A stretch of DNA of 64,000 nucleotides from an uncultured Nitrospirota bacterium (GCA_913051775.1 CAJXCL010000003.1:3492-67491), one strand, 5' to 3'. Shown: positions 9,843 through 20,439, numbered from the stretch's first letter. Notes: generated from the sequence alone by a model not told the origin. Numbers and translations: made by a program.

Positions 9843-10567
9843 TGTTTTCTCTTTCTTACAATGATAGTGGAAAGATAGCCTTCCTTTTCAGAAAAAGAGC
9901 AATTGTTCTTGAAACCCTTTATAAGTTTTTCTCCTGCCATTCCTACATGGCTTCCGAATATAGCGTCCTGACCAATACCCATTTCCTGGAGCAGTTTAAC
10001 AATTTCCGGCAATTTTTTAGCGACTTTCATGAGAACAATAGTATCATGATCTAAAATTGTTTTTTTTAAATCATTGATATCGGTCGGGACCGGACATATA
10101 CAGACTTTTTCGTTTTTTTCAGCCATGGAGTAACTAAACCTGGCAGCCACTGCGCTGTATGCTGAAATGCCTGGGATAGTTTCAATTACCAGATCCGGGT
10201 CCGATTCTTTTAATGCACCCAGGAGGTAAATATAAGTACTGTACAACAACGGGTCTCCAATTGTTAGATATGCTACCTGATTTCCATTGTTGATTTTTTG
10301 GAGGATGATTTTAGCGGAGTTCTTGTACCGTTTTTCAAGTTCTTCTTTGTCCTTGGTCATAGGAAATTCCAGTTCAATAAATTCTTTTTTGCTATCCAGG
10401 ATATTTTCAATGATTTCTCTGGCTAGGCTGTCAGCTTTTATTTTTGCTTTAGGGGCAAAGATAATATCTACATTGTTAAGAATATTCAGCGCCTTTAATG
10501 TTAATAGTTCCGGGTCTCCCGGTCCTACTCCAATGCCATAGAATGTAGGTTTGTTTTTTTTTCGCAA
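9839..10567 (-). CDS. cbiL: Cobalt-precorrin-2 C20-methyltransferase
   Basis: [38 protein letters not shown] and YLSTII motifs. Confidence 0.93.
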   Translation of the reverse strand: MRKKNKPTFYGIGVGPGDPELLTLKALNILNNVDIIFAPKAKIKADSLAREIIENILDSKKEFIELEFPMTKDKEELEKRYKNSAKIILQKINNGNQVAYLTIGDPLLYSTYIYLLGALKESDPDLVIETIPGISAYSAVAARFSYSMAEKNEKVCICPVPTDINDLKKTILDHDTIVLMKVAKKLPEIVKLLQEMGIGQDAIFGSHVGMAGEKLIKGFKNNCSFSEKEGYLSTIIVRKRKQ

Positions 10568-10704
10568 TGTTTTCTTAAAACCTATTAGAATATAAATTCG
10601 AAATCAAAAACCCGAAACATGCCTTGCTTGGATGAAAGGCTTTTGAATTTTGAGCTTTGGGGGTTTTGTCATTTGAGTTTGTTTCAAAATATCAGTTTCT
10701 TGTT

Positions 10705-11346
10705 TTAATCCGAAATTCGAGTAACGATCAACATACTTAATGATTCTTCTTCGACTTTATCAAGATCCTCAAATGATATATCTAAAATCTTTTCGTTTGA
10801 CAAAGACAGGTTAGAAACAACACAAAATTTATATTTAGAAGCGGAATTTAAAGTAAGTTTACTCTTTATCATTTTTAAATTGTTTTTAGGGTCTAACAGG
10901 AGAACAAATTTATTATTCTCATTGAATATTTTTTGAATCTCAACATCATCAGTTCCGTGCAAAGTAAAGGTTCTATACTCTTTCCAGCTTTCTTTTAATC
11001 TGGAAAACGCGAATTGGACAGAGCTAATACCGGGAATGACTTCGCAGTTATCCTTTCCAAATTTATCTAAAACAGATTTTCCAAAACTGTAAAACAGCGG
11101 GTCTCCAGAAACCAAAAAAACAAGTTTTTTATTTTGTTCATAGAATTGAGCTCCTCGATCCAGTATCTCGTTATAGTTGTTTTCAAGAATTAATGTTTTT
11201 AGGGAAGCATTTTTTTTAACAAAATCCTTTATCAAACGTTTTGAGCCTATAACTGCATCTGCATTTTTAATAGCTTTTTTCCCTTTTATCGTCATCAACT
11301 CAGGCGCGCCGGGCCCGCAACCAATTATCATTATTTGCTTGCCCAT
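10705..11346 (-). CDS. cbiE: Cobalt-precorrin-7 C5-methyltransferase (stand-alone, no CbiT half)
   Basis: IGCGPG, VSGDPLFYSFG, IPGISSVQ and LHG motifs; 213 aa. Confidence 0.88.
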   Translation of the reverse strand: MGKQIMIIGCGPGAPELMTIKGKKAIKNADAVIGSKRLIKDFVKKNASLKTLILENNYNEILDRGAQFYEQNKKLVFLVSGDPLFYSFGKSVLDKFGKDNCEVIPGISSVQFAFSRLKESWKEYRTFTLHGTDDVEIQKIFNENNKFVLLLDPKNNLKMIKSKLTLNSASKYKFCVVSNLSLSNEKILDISFEDLDKVEEESLSMLIVTRISD

Positions 11347-11465
11347 TTTTGTAGTAGCTTACCCATTAAAAAAATTTAGACAGATAACAGTAAAATTAAT
11401 TATTAATTGTTAATTTGGTGTTGGTTTTATAGATTGTAGGGTGTGATTGAAATATTTATTATCTA

Positions 11466-12542
11466 TCATTCATCTACCCATTTTGCTCCAGTATTTGATT
11501 TTCCAACTAATTTTCTATTCATATTGAAAAGAAGCGTTGGTACAGTCAAATCTGATTTCAAATAAGCCTGGATTTTTTTCTCTATTGTTTCAGCAAGGTC
11601 ATTAAACAGTTCTCCTTTATCATGTCTTTGCAGGATATTAATCATTCCCTCCACTGTTGTTGATTCTTTTAATTCCTTTATGATTATGTTCTCAACTCCA
11701 TTTTTTTTAAAAAAACTCACAACAGCTTTGTTTGCCGCGGGAGATTTCAAGTGGTGGGTTTGAAAATGCCCTGACAATACTTTTGCTAATTTACCGGGAT
11801 GGCCTGCAAGGATAATGGAAAATTTCATTTCAAATGCGTTCTTCAAAGTAAATCCCAGGTAATCTCCGGACTGCACTATTTGATTATCCTGAAATTTATC
11901 CCTGAAATGTATTTGCATTGCCTGTTCACTTATGTTTCCTGGTGTGACAATGACCTCCTTAAATCCATTTTTTTTACAGAATTTAAATTGTTCAATGATG
12001 GTTTGTTTGAAAGAAGAGAGCGACTTGGGCTTCATAATGCCGGTAGTACCGATAATCGATATTCCACCGATAATGCCAAGCCTTGCGTTAGTTGTTTTTT
12101 CTGCAATTTCTTTTCCATTAGGAACGGAAATAAGAACATTGACGCCCCTGTCGGTCAGCTCTCTTATTGAAGATAAGATCATTTTTCTTGGGATTGGATT
12201 TATGGCTGCTTCTCCCACTGGAAGCTGTAATCCTGGTTTTGTGATGCGTCCGAGTCCATTTCCCCCATCTATTGTCACTTGATTACCCTCCTTGAAGGAT
12301 ACCCTAGCAATAATCTCCATATTATTTGTAACGTCGGCTTCTTCTATAGATTTTTTTATCACACTACACTCAGTGTAATCCTTATTTTTTTTAGAGTAAT
12401 TTATAGGAATGAGTGCTCTTTTATCTCCCGGTAGTTTTATTTCAACATTTTCTAACGGATTTTTACCCAACAGTTTTTTTACGGCTGCTTTAGTAGCCGC
12501 TGCAGCGTAGGTTCCGGTGGTATAGCAGAATTTTTCATTCAT
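11466..12542 (-). CDS. cbiD: Cobalt-precorrin-5B C1-methyltransferase
   Basis: YTTGTYAAAA, GGNGLGRITKPGL, AINPIPR, TTNARLGIIGGISIIGTTGI and GHPGKLAK motifs. Confidence 0.95.
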   Translation of the reverse strand: MNEKFCYTTGTYAAAATKAAVKKLLGKNPLENVEIKLPGDKRALIPINYSKKNKDYTECSVIKKSIEEADVTNNMEIIARVSFKEGNQVTIDGGNGLGRITKPGLQLPVGEAAINPIPRKMILSSIRELTDRGVNVLISVPNGKEIAEKTTNARLGIIGGISIIGTTGIMKPKSLSSFKQTIIEQFKFCKKNGFKEVIVTPGNISEQAMQIHFRDKFQDNQIVQSGDYLGFTLKNAFEMKFSIILAGHPGKLAKVLSGHFQTHHLKSPAANKAVVSFFKKNGVENIIIKELKESTTVEGMINILQRHDKGELFNDLAETIEKKIQAYLKSDLTVPTLLFNMNRKLVGKSNTGAKWVDE

Positions 12543-12567
12543 GGTGAATTGAACTATGCCTTTTTTA

Positions 12568-13560
12568 TTAGTTAAATGCCATTTTTATTAAAGCATTAAT
12601 AATAGCGACTGCTACGGTACTTCCCCCTTTTTGACCGCGATTTGTTATATAGGGAACATCTTTAATTGTTGTTAGATATGATTTAGATTCTTTCGCGTTA
12701 ACAAAACCTACTGGTATGCCAACTATTAAGGCAGGTTTTAATTCATTATTTTTGATCATATTTACTAACTCTATTAAAGCGGTAGGGGCGTTCCCTATTG
12801 CAATAATATTTCCATCAAGTTTGTGTGACAATGATTTCATGCCAGCGGAGGCCTTGGTTATTCCCTCATGACTCGCCAGTTCCATTACTTCAGGATCATT
12901 TAAAACACACCTGACGTCATGGCCTAATTTTTTATTAATTCCCGCCTGAACCATGGTTACATCGGTAAATATGATCTTTTTTTCCTCAACCGCTTTTAAC
13001 CCCGCGGAAACGGCTTTATCATGAAAAATTATGCTTGTCAGAAAATCAAAATCTCCTGTTGTATGGATTACTCGTTTAATAATGGGCTTTTGTTCAGGTG
13101 GTATTTCATGGCCGTTTAAATTTTTTTCAATAAGCTCCATGCTTTTATCCTCGATTTTACTTGGAGCCACTTTATTTAATTTCAATTGATCAATGACTTC
13201 ATCGTAGAGTTCCTCCTGCACTAAATCAGTTATCTTTGGATGTTGTCCTATCGGATCCAACATTTTAAAGTCTACTTTTTTTTCTAATTTATTGATAATG
13301 TTCTGAATGAGATTAGGGATATCTTTAGTAAAGTGCATTCCTTTAAACAAAAAGTAAGGATACGCGATCAATTGATCCATGTTTTTCTTTGCCAACGCCT
13401 TTATTCCATCCTCTATGGTAGGAGACGCAAGCTCCATAAAAGCAGGTTCAAACATAACCGATTGAAAATAATTGTTTAACTCATTTACCAGATTTTTCAC
13501 CTGCTGGTTCGCGCCATCTTTTCTACTGCCGTGCGCTACGATTAGAAAACCTTTTTTCAT
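12568..13560 (-). CDS. cbiC: Fusion: CbiX-type cobaltochelatase (N) plus precorrin-8 methylmutase CbiC (C)
   Basis: N-terminus AHGSR...AFMELASP...PYFLFKGMHFTKDIP; C-terminus IEDKSM, RVIHTTGDF, IGNAPTAL, GIPVGFV and GQKGGSTVAVA. Confidence 0.92.
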   Translation of the reverse strand: MKKGFLIVAHGSRKDGANQQVKNLVNELNNYFQSVMFEPAFMELASPTIEDGIKALAKKNMDQLIAYPYFLFKGMHFTKDIPNLIQNIINKLEKKVDFKMLDPIGQHPKITDLVQEELYDEVIDQLKLNKVAPSKIEDKSMELIEKNLNGHEIPPEQKPIIKRVIHTTGDFDFLTSIIFHDKAVSAGLKAVEEKKIIFTDVTMVQAGINKKLGHDVRCVLNDPEVMELASHEGITKASAGMKSLSHKLDGNIIAIGNAPTALIELVNMIKNNELKPALIVGIPVGFVNAKESKSYLTTIKDVPYITNRGQKGGSTVAVAIINALIKMAFN

Positions 13561-13591
13561 TCGTATTTTCCTTTCTTATTAAAAAAATAAC

Positions 13592-13620
13592 TTGAAAACA
13601 AAGAGTTCCTATAATATAGT
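13592..13620 (+). promoter_or_regulatory. Putative sigma70 promoter for the rnf operon
   Basis: TTGAAA, 17 nt spacer, TATAGT within the 110-bp divergent gap between cbi and rnf. Confidence 0.45.
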
Positions 13621-13670
13621 CGATTTTCTGCCAAATCTAAATTGAAAAATCAATTACCTTTGCAACCTAA

Positions 13671-15002
13671 ATGGGGCTTTTAACATTTAAATCCGGCATT
13701 CACCCTGCCTATAGAAAAAACAGTACGGAAGCTACTGCCATATGCGCGGCAAAAATACCTAAAAAGGTTGTTATACCTCTGCAGCAGCATATTGGCGCAC
13801 CAAACAAACCTCTTGTTAAAAAAGGTGATATTGTTAAAACTGGTCAGAAGATTGCGGGTAGTGACGCTTTTGTTTCTTCCCCTGTTCATGCCAGTATTTC
13901 CGGTAAAGTTAAAGCAATCGCTTCTACCCTGCACCCTTCCGGCCAATTGATAACATCTGTAACCATAGAATCAGATGAGAAAGATGAGTTTTTTGAAAGT
14001 AATCCGGGAAAAAGGGAGTATACCGATCTTTCTTCTGATGAGATTCGCGGAATAGCAAAAGATGCGGGAATAGTCGGTTTGGGCGGGGCCGCATTTCCAA
14101 CCCATGTCAAGCTCAGCCCTCCAAAGGAGAAAAAAATAGACGCGGTTATTCTCAATGGGGCTGAATGTGAACCTTATTTAACGGCAGACCACAGGCTCAT
14201 GCTGGAACAGCCTGAAAAAGTTGTTTACGGCTTAAAAGCCGTCATGAAATCCCTTAATGTTTCCAAAGGATACATTGGAATAGAAAATAATAAAAAAGAT
14301 GCTATTTCGGCAATATTGAATATGGCCGGTAAAAACGGGGCTGATATAGAAGTTCATGGTCTTCAAGTAAAATATCCCCAGGGCGCGGAAAAAATGCTGA
14401 TTAAAGCAATTCTTAACAGGGAAGTACCGGCAGGCGGTTTACCAATGGATGTAGGTGTTGTTGTCCAGAATGTTGGCACAACCGTAGCCCTAGCGGATTC
14501 TATCCGGGATCACAAACCAGTTATAGAGCGTGTTGTTACGGTTTCTGGCACCGGAGTTAAAGAACCAAAAAATTTGATGGTGAGAATCGGGACTTTGTTC
14601 AGCAATGTGATAGAAGAATGCGGCGGATTAAATGAGGGAGCAAGGAAAGTCATTATGGGCGGACCTTTGATGGGGCTGGCCCAACCAAGCCTGGAAATAC
14701 CGGTTGTTAAGGGAACTTCTGGAATTGTTGTACTCACGGAAAACGAAATAAAAGCTGAAAAAGCCCGAACTTGTATTGGATGCGGAAGTTGTGTGGATGT
14801 CTGTCCCATGTTTTTACTTCCTACCAGGATAGCTAATTTTTCAAAGTACGATTTAACTGAAAAGGCAGAACAGTTTGGAGTTATGGACTGCATTGAATGC
14901 GGTTGCTGCACTTATGTTTGCCCATCAAAAATTAGTCTTGTTCAATGGATAAGATACGGTAAAGGCAACATTCTTGAAAAGAGGAAGAAAATTAAGAGTT
15001 AG
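13671..15002 (+). CDS. rnfC: Rnf complex subunit C
   Basis: PLQQHIGAP, AGIVGLGGAAFPT, NGAECEPYLTAD, YPQGAEK and two C-terminal 4Fe-4S motifs. Confidence 0.95.
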   Translation: MGLLTFKSGIHPAYRKNSTEATAICAAKIPKKVVIPLQQHIGAPNKPLVKKGDIVKTGQKIAGSDAFVSSPVHASISGKVKAIASTLHPSGQLITSVTIESDEKDEFFESNPGKREYTDLSSDEIRGIAKDAGIVGLGGAAFPTHVKLSPPKEKKIDAVILNGAECEPYLTADHRLMLEQPEKVVYGLKAVMKSLNVSKGYIGIENNKKDAISAILNMAGKNGADIEVHGLQVKYPQGAEKMLIKAILNREVPAGGLPMDVGVVVQNVGTTVALADSIRDHKPVIERVVTVSGTGVKEPKNLMVRIGTLFSNVIEECGGLNEGARKVIMGGPLMGLAQPSLEIPVVKGTSGIVVLTENEIKAEKARTCIGCGSCVDVCPMFLLPTRIANFSKYDLTEKAEQFGVMDCIECGCCTYVCPSKISLVQWIRYGKGNILEKRKKIKS

Positions 15003-15088
15003 CAATTAGCAATATAGAAGCATCCAGCAGTCAGTAAGATGAAAAACGAAATGCCAAGAGCTGATGGCTGAAACCGTAAGAATTAGTT

Positions 15089-15242
15089 AGATTCCTGATC
15101 AAATCGAGAATGACATTGAGAGAGTGGGAATGGCAATCGTATACTTTTTGTCATTGCCGAAAATGTCCCTACTGTCATTTCCGCATGCTTTTACCGGGAA
15201 TCCCGGCTGAGGACAAGAACGGGGAAGCATTCGGGCATAACA
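15089..15242. repeat. Degenerate REP/BIME-like cluster of the GTCATTCCCGC..GCGGGAATC type
   Basis: AGATTCCTGATCAAATCGAGAATGACA (15089-15115), TGTCATTTCCGCATGCTTTTACCGGGAATCC (15173-15203) and GGGAAGCATTCGGGCATAACA in alternating orientation. Confidence 0.55.
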
Positions 15243-15338
15243 AAATTTGCGTGCACAATTTTCTAATCGGACATTGCTGAATATTCTTTTTATATTGTTA
15301 ATTGCTAATTGTTAACTGATAACTGTTAATATATAACT

Positions 15339-16304
15339 ATGACTGATATTAAACTTGTAATTTCATCATCACCTCATATACGTAATGATGAAAGTATTCC
15401 AAAGATAATGTTCGTTGTTTTGGCGGCACTTCTGCCGGCTGCTTTTTTGAGCATATACCTATTTGGAATAAAGGCAATTTTATTAATGGCCACATGCATT
15501 ATTGTTTGTATGGCCACGGAATATGTTTTTCAAAAATGCAGGGATAAAGAGATAACATTAAGCGATGGAAGCGCTGCCCTTGCCGGTTTGCTGTTAGCTA
15601 TGACTCTTCCCCCTTCTTTCCCTTTACTGGGAGCGGCATTGGGTTCTGTAGTAGCGATTGGACTTGGGAAACATATTTTTGGCGGGTTGGGTTTTAATAT
15701 TTTTAACCCGGCGTTAATAGGCAGGGCGTTTTTACAGGCTGCTTTCCCGGTGATGATTACAACATGGGACGATCCTTTTGCGTGGCGGTCTCCAGCGGTG
15801 GTGGATGCTGTAAGCTCAGCTACGCCCCTGGCAAAAATGAAATTTGATCAAGAATTTGTTCCTGCTCAGGATTTAATAATCGGTTTTACAGGCGGCTCTT
15901 TAGGTGAAACATCCGCCCTTGCTTTATTAATAGGAGTTGTTTTTTTACTGTACCGGGGATATATTCAATGGAGGATTCCGGCTTCTATATTAATCTCTTC
16001 TTTATTATTCGGGGGGATTTTCTGGCTGATGGATTCCACTCAATATCCGGAGCCTTTTTTTCACTGGTTTGCGGGTGGCATGGTATTAGGTGCTTTTTAT
16101 ATGGCGACCGATATGGTGACTTGTCCAATTACGCCTAAAGGCTATTGGATTTTTGGGTGCGGTATAGGCATAATAACAGTTATAATTCGATTGTTCGGTG
16201 GACTGCCTGAGGGTGTAATGTATGCGATACTCTTTATGAATGCCTTTACACCGATCATAAATAAATATACAAGACCAAAAATATTGGGAGAAGTAAAAAA
16301 ATAA
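15339..16304 (+). CDS. rnfD: Rnf complex subunit D
   Basis: SSSPHIR, FGGLGFNIFNPALIGRAFL, SSATPL (FMN Thr site), MATDMVTCP and PEGVMYAILFMN motifs. Confidence 0.95.
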   Translation: MTDIKLVISSSPHIRNDESIPKIMFVVLAALLPAAFLSIYLFGIKAILLMATCIIVCMATEYVFQKCRDKEITLSDGSAALAGLLLAMTLPPSFPLLGAALGSVVAIGLGKHIFGGLGFNIFNPALIGRAFLQAAFPVMITTWDDPFAWRSPAVVDAVSSATPLAKMKFDQEFVPAQDLIIGFTGGSLGETSALALLIGVVFLLYRGYIQWRIPASILISSLLFGGIFWLMDSTQYPEPFFHWFAGGMVLGAFYMATDMVTCPITPKGYWIFGCGIGIITVIIRLFGGLPEGVMYAILFMNAFTPIINKYTRPKILGEVKK

Positions 16305-16398
16305 GCGTTGAGCAGTCAGCAAAAGATGAGATTAAACGCTGATGGTTGACCTCTGAAATTTTTTAATAATTGAACAATTATTAATTAGTGACAATACT

Positions 16399-16962
16399 AT
16401 GAATAGTAGTGTACTAAAAATGCTGGTTGTATTAACGACAATAGGCCTTGTTTCAGGAGGTTCTCTGGCAGGAGTATATAAAAAATCCTTTCCTCTCATA
16501 GAAAAACATCGTCTTGAAGCATTAAAAAAGGCGATCTTTGACGTCCTGCCTGAAGCAAAGAGCTACAAAGAATTGGAAAAAGACGGATTAAAGGCTTACC
16601 AGGGTCTGGATGATAAAAATAATCCAGTTGGTATTGCTTTTGAGGCCGAAGGTAACGGTTTTCAGGCAAAAATTGTCATGATGGTTGGTATTGATAATCA
16701 ATTTAAAAAACTTAAAGGAATGAAGGTGCTTTATCAAATTGAGACGCCGGGACTTGGTAATAAAATTGAATTCGATGATTTTAGAAACCAGTTTAAAGGT
16801 TTATCGGTAAAACCTCAAATTGGATACGTAAAAAACAAAAAACCAGATAAGCCTAATGAAATACAGGCGATAACTGCGGCCACAATTTCTTCAGTGGCGG
16901 TTGTCAAGATTTTGAACAAAGAGATAAAGAAAATGTCGGGAACGTATAAGCTTCAAGGTTAA
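16399..16962 (+). CDS. rnfG: Rnf complex subunit G
   Basis: N-terminal TM helix; ETPGLG and ITAATISS (FMN-binding) motifs. Confidence 0.93.
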   Translation: MNSSVLKMLVVLTTIGLVSGGSLAGVYKKSFPLIEKHRLEALKKAIFDVLPEAKSYKELEKDGLKAYQGLDDKNNPVGIAFEAEGNGFQAKIVMMVGIDNQFKKLKGMKVLYQIETPGLGNKIEFDDFRNQFKGLSVKPQIGYVKNKKPDKPNEIQAITAATISSVAVVKILNKEIKKMSGTYKLQG

Positions 16963-16967
16963 CTGCG

Positions 16968-17687
16968 ATGACTGATTTATTTAAAGAATTTAAAAAAGGA
17001 CTTTGGAAGGACAATGCCGTTTTTGTCATGCTGTTAGGGATGTGCCCTGTCCTTGCGGTCACCAATTCCGCTACAAATGGACTGGCAATGGGTTTAGCAA
17101 CCAGTTTTGTATTATTAAGTTCCGCTATTTTTGTTTCCACATTGAGGCACATTATTCCTCATCAAGTCAGAATAGCTTCCTATATAGTAATTATCGCCAC
17201 TTTTGTTACTATTGCAGATTATTTTTTAGCGGCCATGTTGCCCCCAATCAGTAAAGCATTGGGCCCGTATGTTCCATTAATTGTGGTCAATTGTCTTATT
17301 CTGGGAAGAGCAGAAGCTTTTTCATCGAAACACGGCATTGCGACCTCTATTTCTGACGCGCTGGGTATGGGAACGGGATTTACAGGAGCCCTAATTATTT
17401 TAGGAGGTATTAGGGAAATTCTCGGTAACGGCAGCCTTTTTGAAGTCAAATTACTTGGAGACTGGTTTGAACCATGGATTGTTATGCTTCTGCCTGGTGG
17501 TGCCTTTATTACTTTAGGATTACTTATCGGTTTTATAAACTACTTTACTAAAAAGCCGGTTGCCCTGGGAGTCAGCCTTGGAGAGGATATTGGCTACAGG
17601 GAAAAGGGTCAGTTTGTGACTGCTAATGAAGCCTACGGGCAACATCAGGAGAAAAGCAGTCCCGTTGTGACAGAAAAAACTGAATAG
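16968..17687 (+). CDS. rnfE: Rnf complex subunit E
   Basis: LLGMCPVLAVT, VPLIVVNCLILGRAEAF and LLPGGAF motifs; about 40 aa hydrophilic C-terminal tail. Confidence 0.93.
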   Translation: MTDLFKEFKKGLWKDNAVFVMLLGMCPVLAVTNSATNGLAMGLATSFVLLSSAIFVSTLRHIIPHQVRIASYIVIIATFVTIADYFLAAMLPPISKALGPYVPLIVVNCLILGRAEAFSSKHGIATSISDALGMGTGFTGALIILGGIREILGNGSLFEVKLLGDWFEPWIVMLLPGGAFITLGLLIGFINYFTKKPVALGVSLGEDIGYREKGQFVTANEAYGQHQEKSSPVVTEKTE

Positions 17688-17810
17688 TAGACACTTATCA
17701 ATTGGCGGTTAACAACTAACAGTTTAAAAAAGCAGATAATATGACAATAAGACTTGTACCTTCAAAGAATCTAAGTATTAATTAAATGTGGAAATTGTTC
17801 AGGGGAAAAC

Positions 17811-18389
17811 ATGGAAATATTCATAATTTTTATTAGCGCGTCGATTGTAAACAACTTTGTCCTTACCTACTTTTTAGGTATCTGCCCTTTTCTCGGAGTA
17901 TCTAATAAAATTGATTCCTCTTTTAGTTTAGGGTTGGCAACAACGTTTGTTATGGTTATTACCGCGGTAGCCTCCTGGTTAATTAATCATTATATTTTAA
18001 TTTTATTTAATGTTCCTTTTTTAGAATACGTGTCATTTATTATAGTAATTGCTTCTATGGTCCAGTTAGTAGAGATGTTTGTAAAAAAAACCAGTCCGGT
18101 TCTTTACCGGGCATTAGGGATTTTTTTACCGCTGATTACAACCAACTGTGCTATTTTAGGTCTTGCTCTGTTTGCAGTTTTAAGAGATTATAGTTTTATA
18201 CAGACGATTGTTTTTGGAATAGGCGCTGGAGTCGGTTTTACATTAGCTATTGTGGTAATGGCAGGGATCAGGGAAGAACTGGAAATGGCCGACATTCCAT
18301 ATCCGTTAAAGGGAGCAGGTATTACTTTAATTGTAGCGGGTTTTCTTGCATTGGCTTTTATGGGGTTTGCGGGTTTAATCTCTGCATAG
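17811..18389 (+). CDS. rnfA: Rnf complex subunit A
   Basis: NNFVLTYFLGICPFLGVS, LGIFLPLITTNCAILG and GIREEL motifs. Confidence 0.95.
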   Translation: MEIFIIFISASIVNNFVLTYFLGICPFLGVSNKIDSSFSLGLATTFVMVITAVASWLINHYILILFNVPFLEYVSFIIVIASMVQLVEMFVKKTSPVLYRALGIFLPLITTNCAILGLALFAVLRDYSFIQTIVFGIGAGVGFTLAIVVMAGIREELEMADIPYPLKGAGITLIVAGFLALAFMGFAGLISA

Positions 18390-18570
18390 TAGTTCACCTT
18401 TGACTTTGTTGAGTGCGTAAAGAAATTATCCAGGGGGCAGGTTTCAGGGGCCTGATTTTTATCTCCGATTCCCGACAACTGAACTCTGATACCTAAATTA
18501 TTAACCTTTGCAATTACAATGTTCTACTGTTTATTGAGCTTTACATTTTTGAATTGAGGAATTAAGTCCC

Positions 18571-19383
18571 ATGGAACAAAATCTTTATTTACTTGGTCTA
18601 TCGAGTATGGGAGGTCTGGGATTATTTTTTGCTTCCCTTTTAGTGTTTGCTGACAAAAAATTGAGGGTAGAAGTAGACCCAAAAATTTTGCTAATAGAGG
18701 AAGTTCTGCCAGCAGCTAATTGTGGAGCTTGTGGACAGCCGGGCTGTCCCGCTTTTGCGGAAGCTGTTGTCAATGGAATTGCTGACGTCCATGAATGTAC
18801 GGTAGGCGGCGAGGAAGTGGCACATCAGATTGCTTCCATTATGGGAGTCGAGGCTAAGGCTGTGCAAAAAAAAGTTGCAAAAGTTTTTTGCAGGGGAGGG
18901 AATAAAGAAACGGACAGAAAAGCTATTTATTACGGAGTAACAAGCTGCAGTTTGGCAGCAAAAGTCGGCGGTGGAGAAAAATCATGCAAATACAGCTGCC
19001 TGGGTTATGCCGATTGCGTGGATTCCTGTAAATTTAACGCTATGTGGATGAATGCCAATGGACTGCCTGTTGTTGACGAAGACGCTTGTACATCCTGTAA
19101 TAAATGTGTTGAAGCGTGCCCAAGGAATTTGATAGAACTTCATTCACCTGATATAAAGCTCCATGTTTATTGTAAAAATCGTGACCCGGGGAAAATAGCA
19201 AAAAAAACCTGCAAAGTAGCTTGTATCGGGTGTACATTATGCGTCAAGCCTGATCCTGAAAATATAAAAATGGTCGATAATTTAGCTGTTATAGAATACT
19301 CCGATGCTTATCTTGGTTTAGAAGAATGCGCAAAAAAATGCCCGACAAATGCTATTGCTTACCAATTGGACCCCATTCACTGA
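18571..19383 (+). CDS. rnfB: Rnf complex subunit B
   Basis: LPAANCGACGQPGC and several ferredoxin-type Cys motifs. Confidence 0.95.
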   Translation: MEQNLYLLGLSSMGGLGLFFASLLVFADKKLRVEVDPKILLIEEVLPAANCGACGQPGCPAFAEAVVNGIADVHECTVGGEEVAHQIASIMGVEAKAVQKKVAKVFCRGGNKETDRKAIYYGVTSCSLAAKVGGGEKSCKYSCLGYADCVDSCKFNAMWMNANGLPVVDEDACTSCNKCVEACPRNLIELHSPDIKLHVYCKNRDPGKIAKKTCKVACIGCTLCVKPDPENIKMVDNLAVIEYSDAYLGLEECAKKCPTNAIAYQLDPIH

Positions 19384-19506
19384 TATTCCGTCATTTGTCA
19401 TTAGTTAAAGCAACCCCCTCCATTGAGTTTATTATATGCAGTTCTTACAACCTTTCCCTTCTTCCCAATGACAAATAACCAATAGCTTATTATAAATAAC
19501 CACACT

Positions 19507-20439
19507 ATGAAGATAATTAGAGGTATACAAAATATTAAAGAATCGATAACTTATCCTGTTCTTACAATTGGAAATTTCGATGGTGTTCATTTAGGGCATC
19601 AGGCCATTTTTAAAAAAGTGGTTGATAGGGTAAAAGAAGTTGAAGGAACAGGAATTGTCTTCACTTTTGAGCCGCATCCAAAAAAAATATTATCGCCTGA
19701 TAAATACCTTACTTCTTTAATAACTTTTGAAAAAAAATTAGAGCTAATTGAAAAAACAGGAATTGATATGGTAATTTGCGCTGATTTTACGACTGATTTT
19801 GCGGCTCTAAGTCCCTGGAAATTTACTAAAAGTATATTGGTAGAAAAAATATGTGTAAAAGAAGTTTTTGTGGGATATGATTTCAATTTTGGAAAAAGAC
19901 AGGAAGGAACTGCTGAATACTTTCAGAAAATGGGAGAAGAATTTGGTTTCAAAGTAGAGGTGTTGGACGCTGTTAAAATAAATGGTGGCATTGTCAGCAG
20001 CTCATTCATACGCGACCTTATTGTAAACGGACAGGTCAGTAAAGCTGCCCGCTATTTAGGACAGCCCTACAGTCTGGCAGGGAAAGTTGTTGGAGGCCGT
20101 GAAGTAGGTTCGGCTATAGGATTTCCAACAGCCAATCTAGATGTTCATGATAGCCTGATTCCGCATACAGGGGTATACGCGGTTCAGATTATTTCCAAAA
20201 ATAAAAAATATAATGGAGTTGCCAATGTAGGGTATAATCCTACTTTTAAAAGAAACCACTTGACTGTTGAAATTCACATTTTTGATTTTACTGAAAATCT
20301 GTATGATCAAACGATCAGGCTCTTATTCATTAACAGAATTAGAGATGAAGTAGCTTTTTTATCGACAGAAGAGTTGAAAATACAAATTCAAAAGGACGTT
20401 AAAACCGCTAAGGAAATCATTGAAGAGGAAATAGATTGA
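19507..20439 (+). CDS. ribF: Bifunctional riboflavin kinase / FAD synthetase
   Basis: IGNFDGVHLGHQ, TFEPHP, VGYDFNFG, SSSFIR, GFPTAN and EIHIFDF motifs. Confidence 0.95.
   Translation: MKIIRGIQNIKESITYPVLTIGNFDGVHLGHQAIFKKVVDRVKEVEGTGIVFTFEPHPKKILSPDKYLTSLITFEKKLELIEKTGIDMVICADFTTDFAALSPWKFTKSILVEKICVKEVFVGYDFNFGKRQEGTAEYFQKMGEEFGFKVEVLDAVKINGGIVSSSFIRDLIVNGQVSKAARYLGQPYSLAGKVVGGREVGSAIGFPTANLDVHDSLIPHTGVYAVQIISKNKKYNGVANVGYNPTFKRNHLTVEIHIFDFTENLYDQTIRLLFINRIRDEVAFLSTEELKIQIQKDVKTAKEIIEEEID

Noticed and set aside
13561-13670. Cobalamin riboswitch upstream of the cbi cluster
   Set aside because: The gap is only 110 bp and AT-rich, with no conserved B12-box or GGGAA..GG.G motifs.
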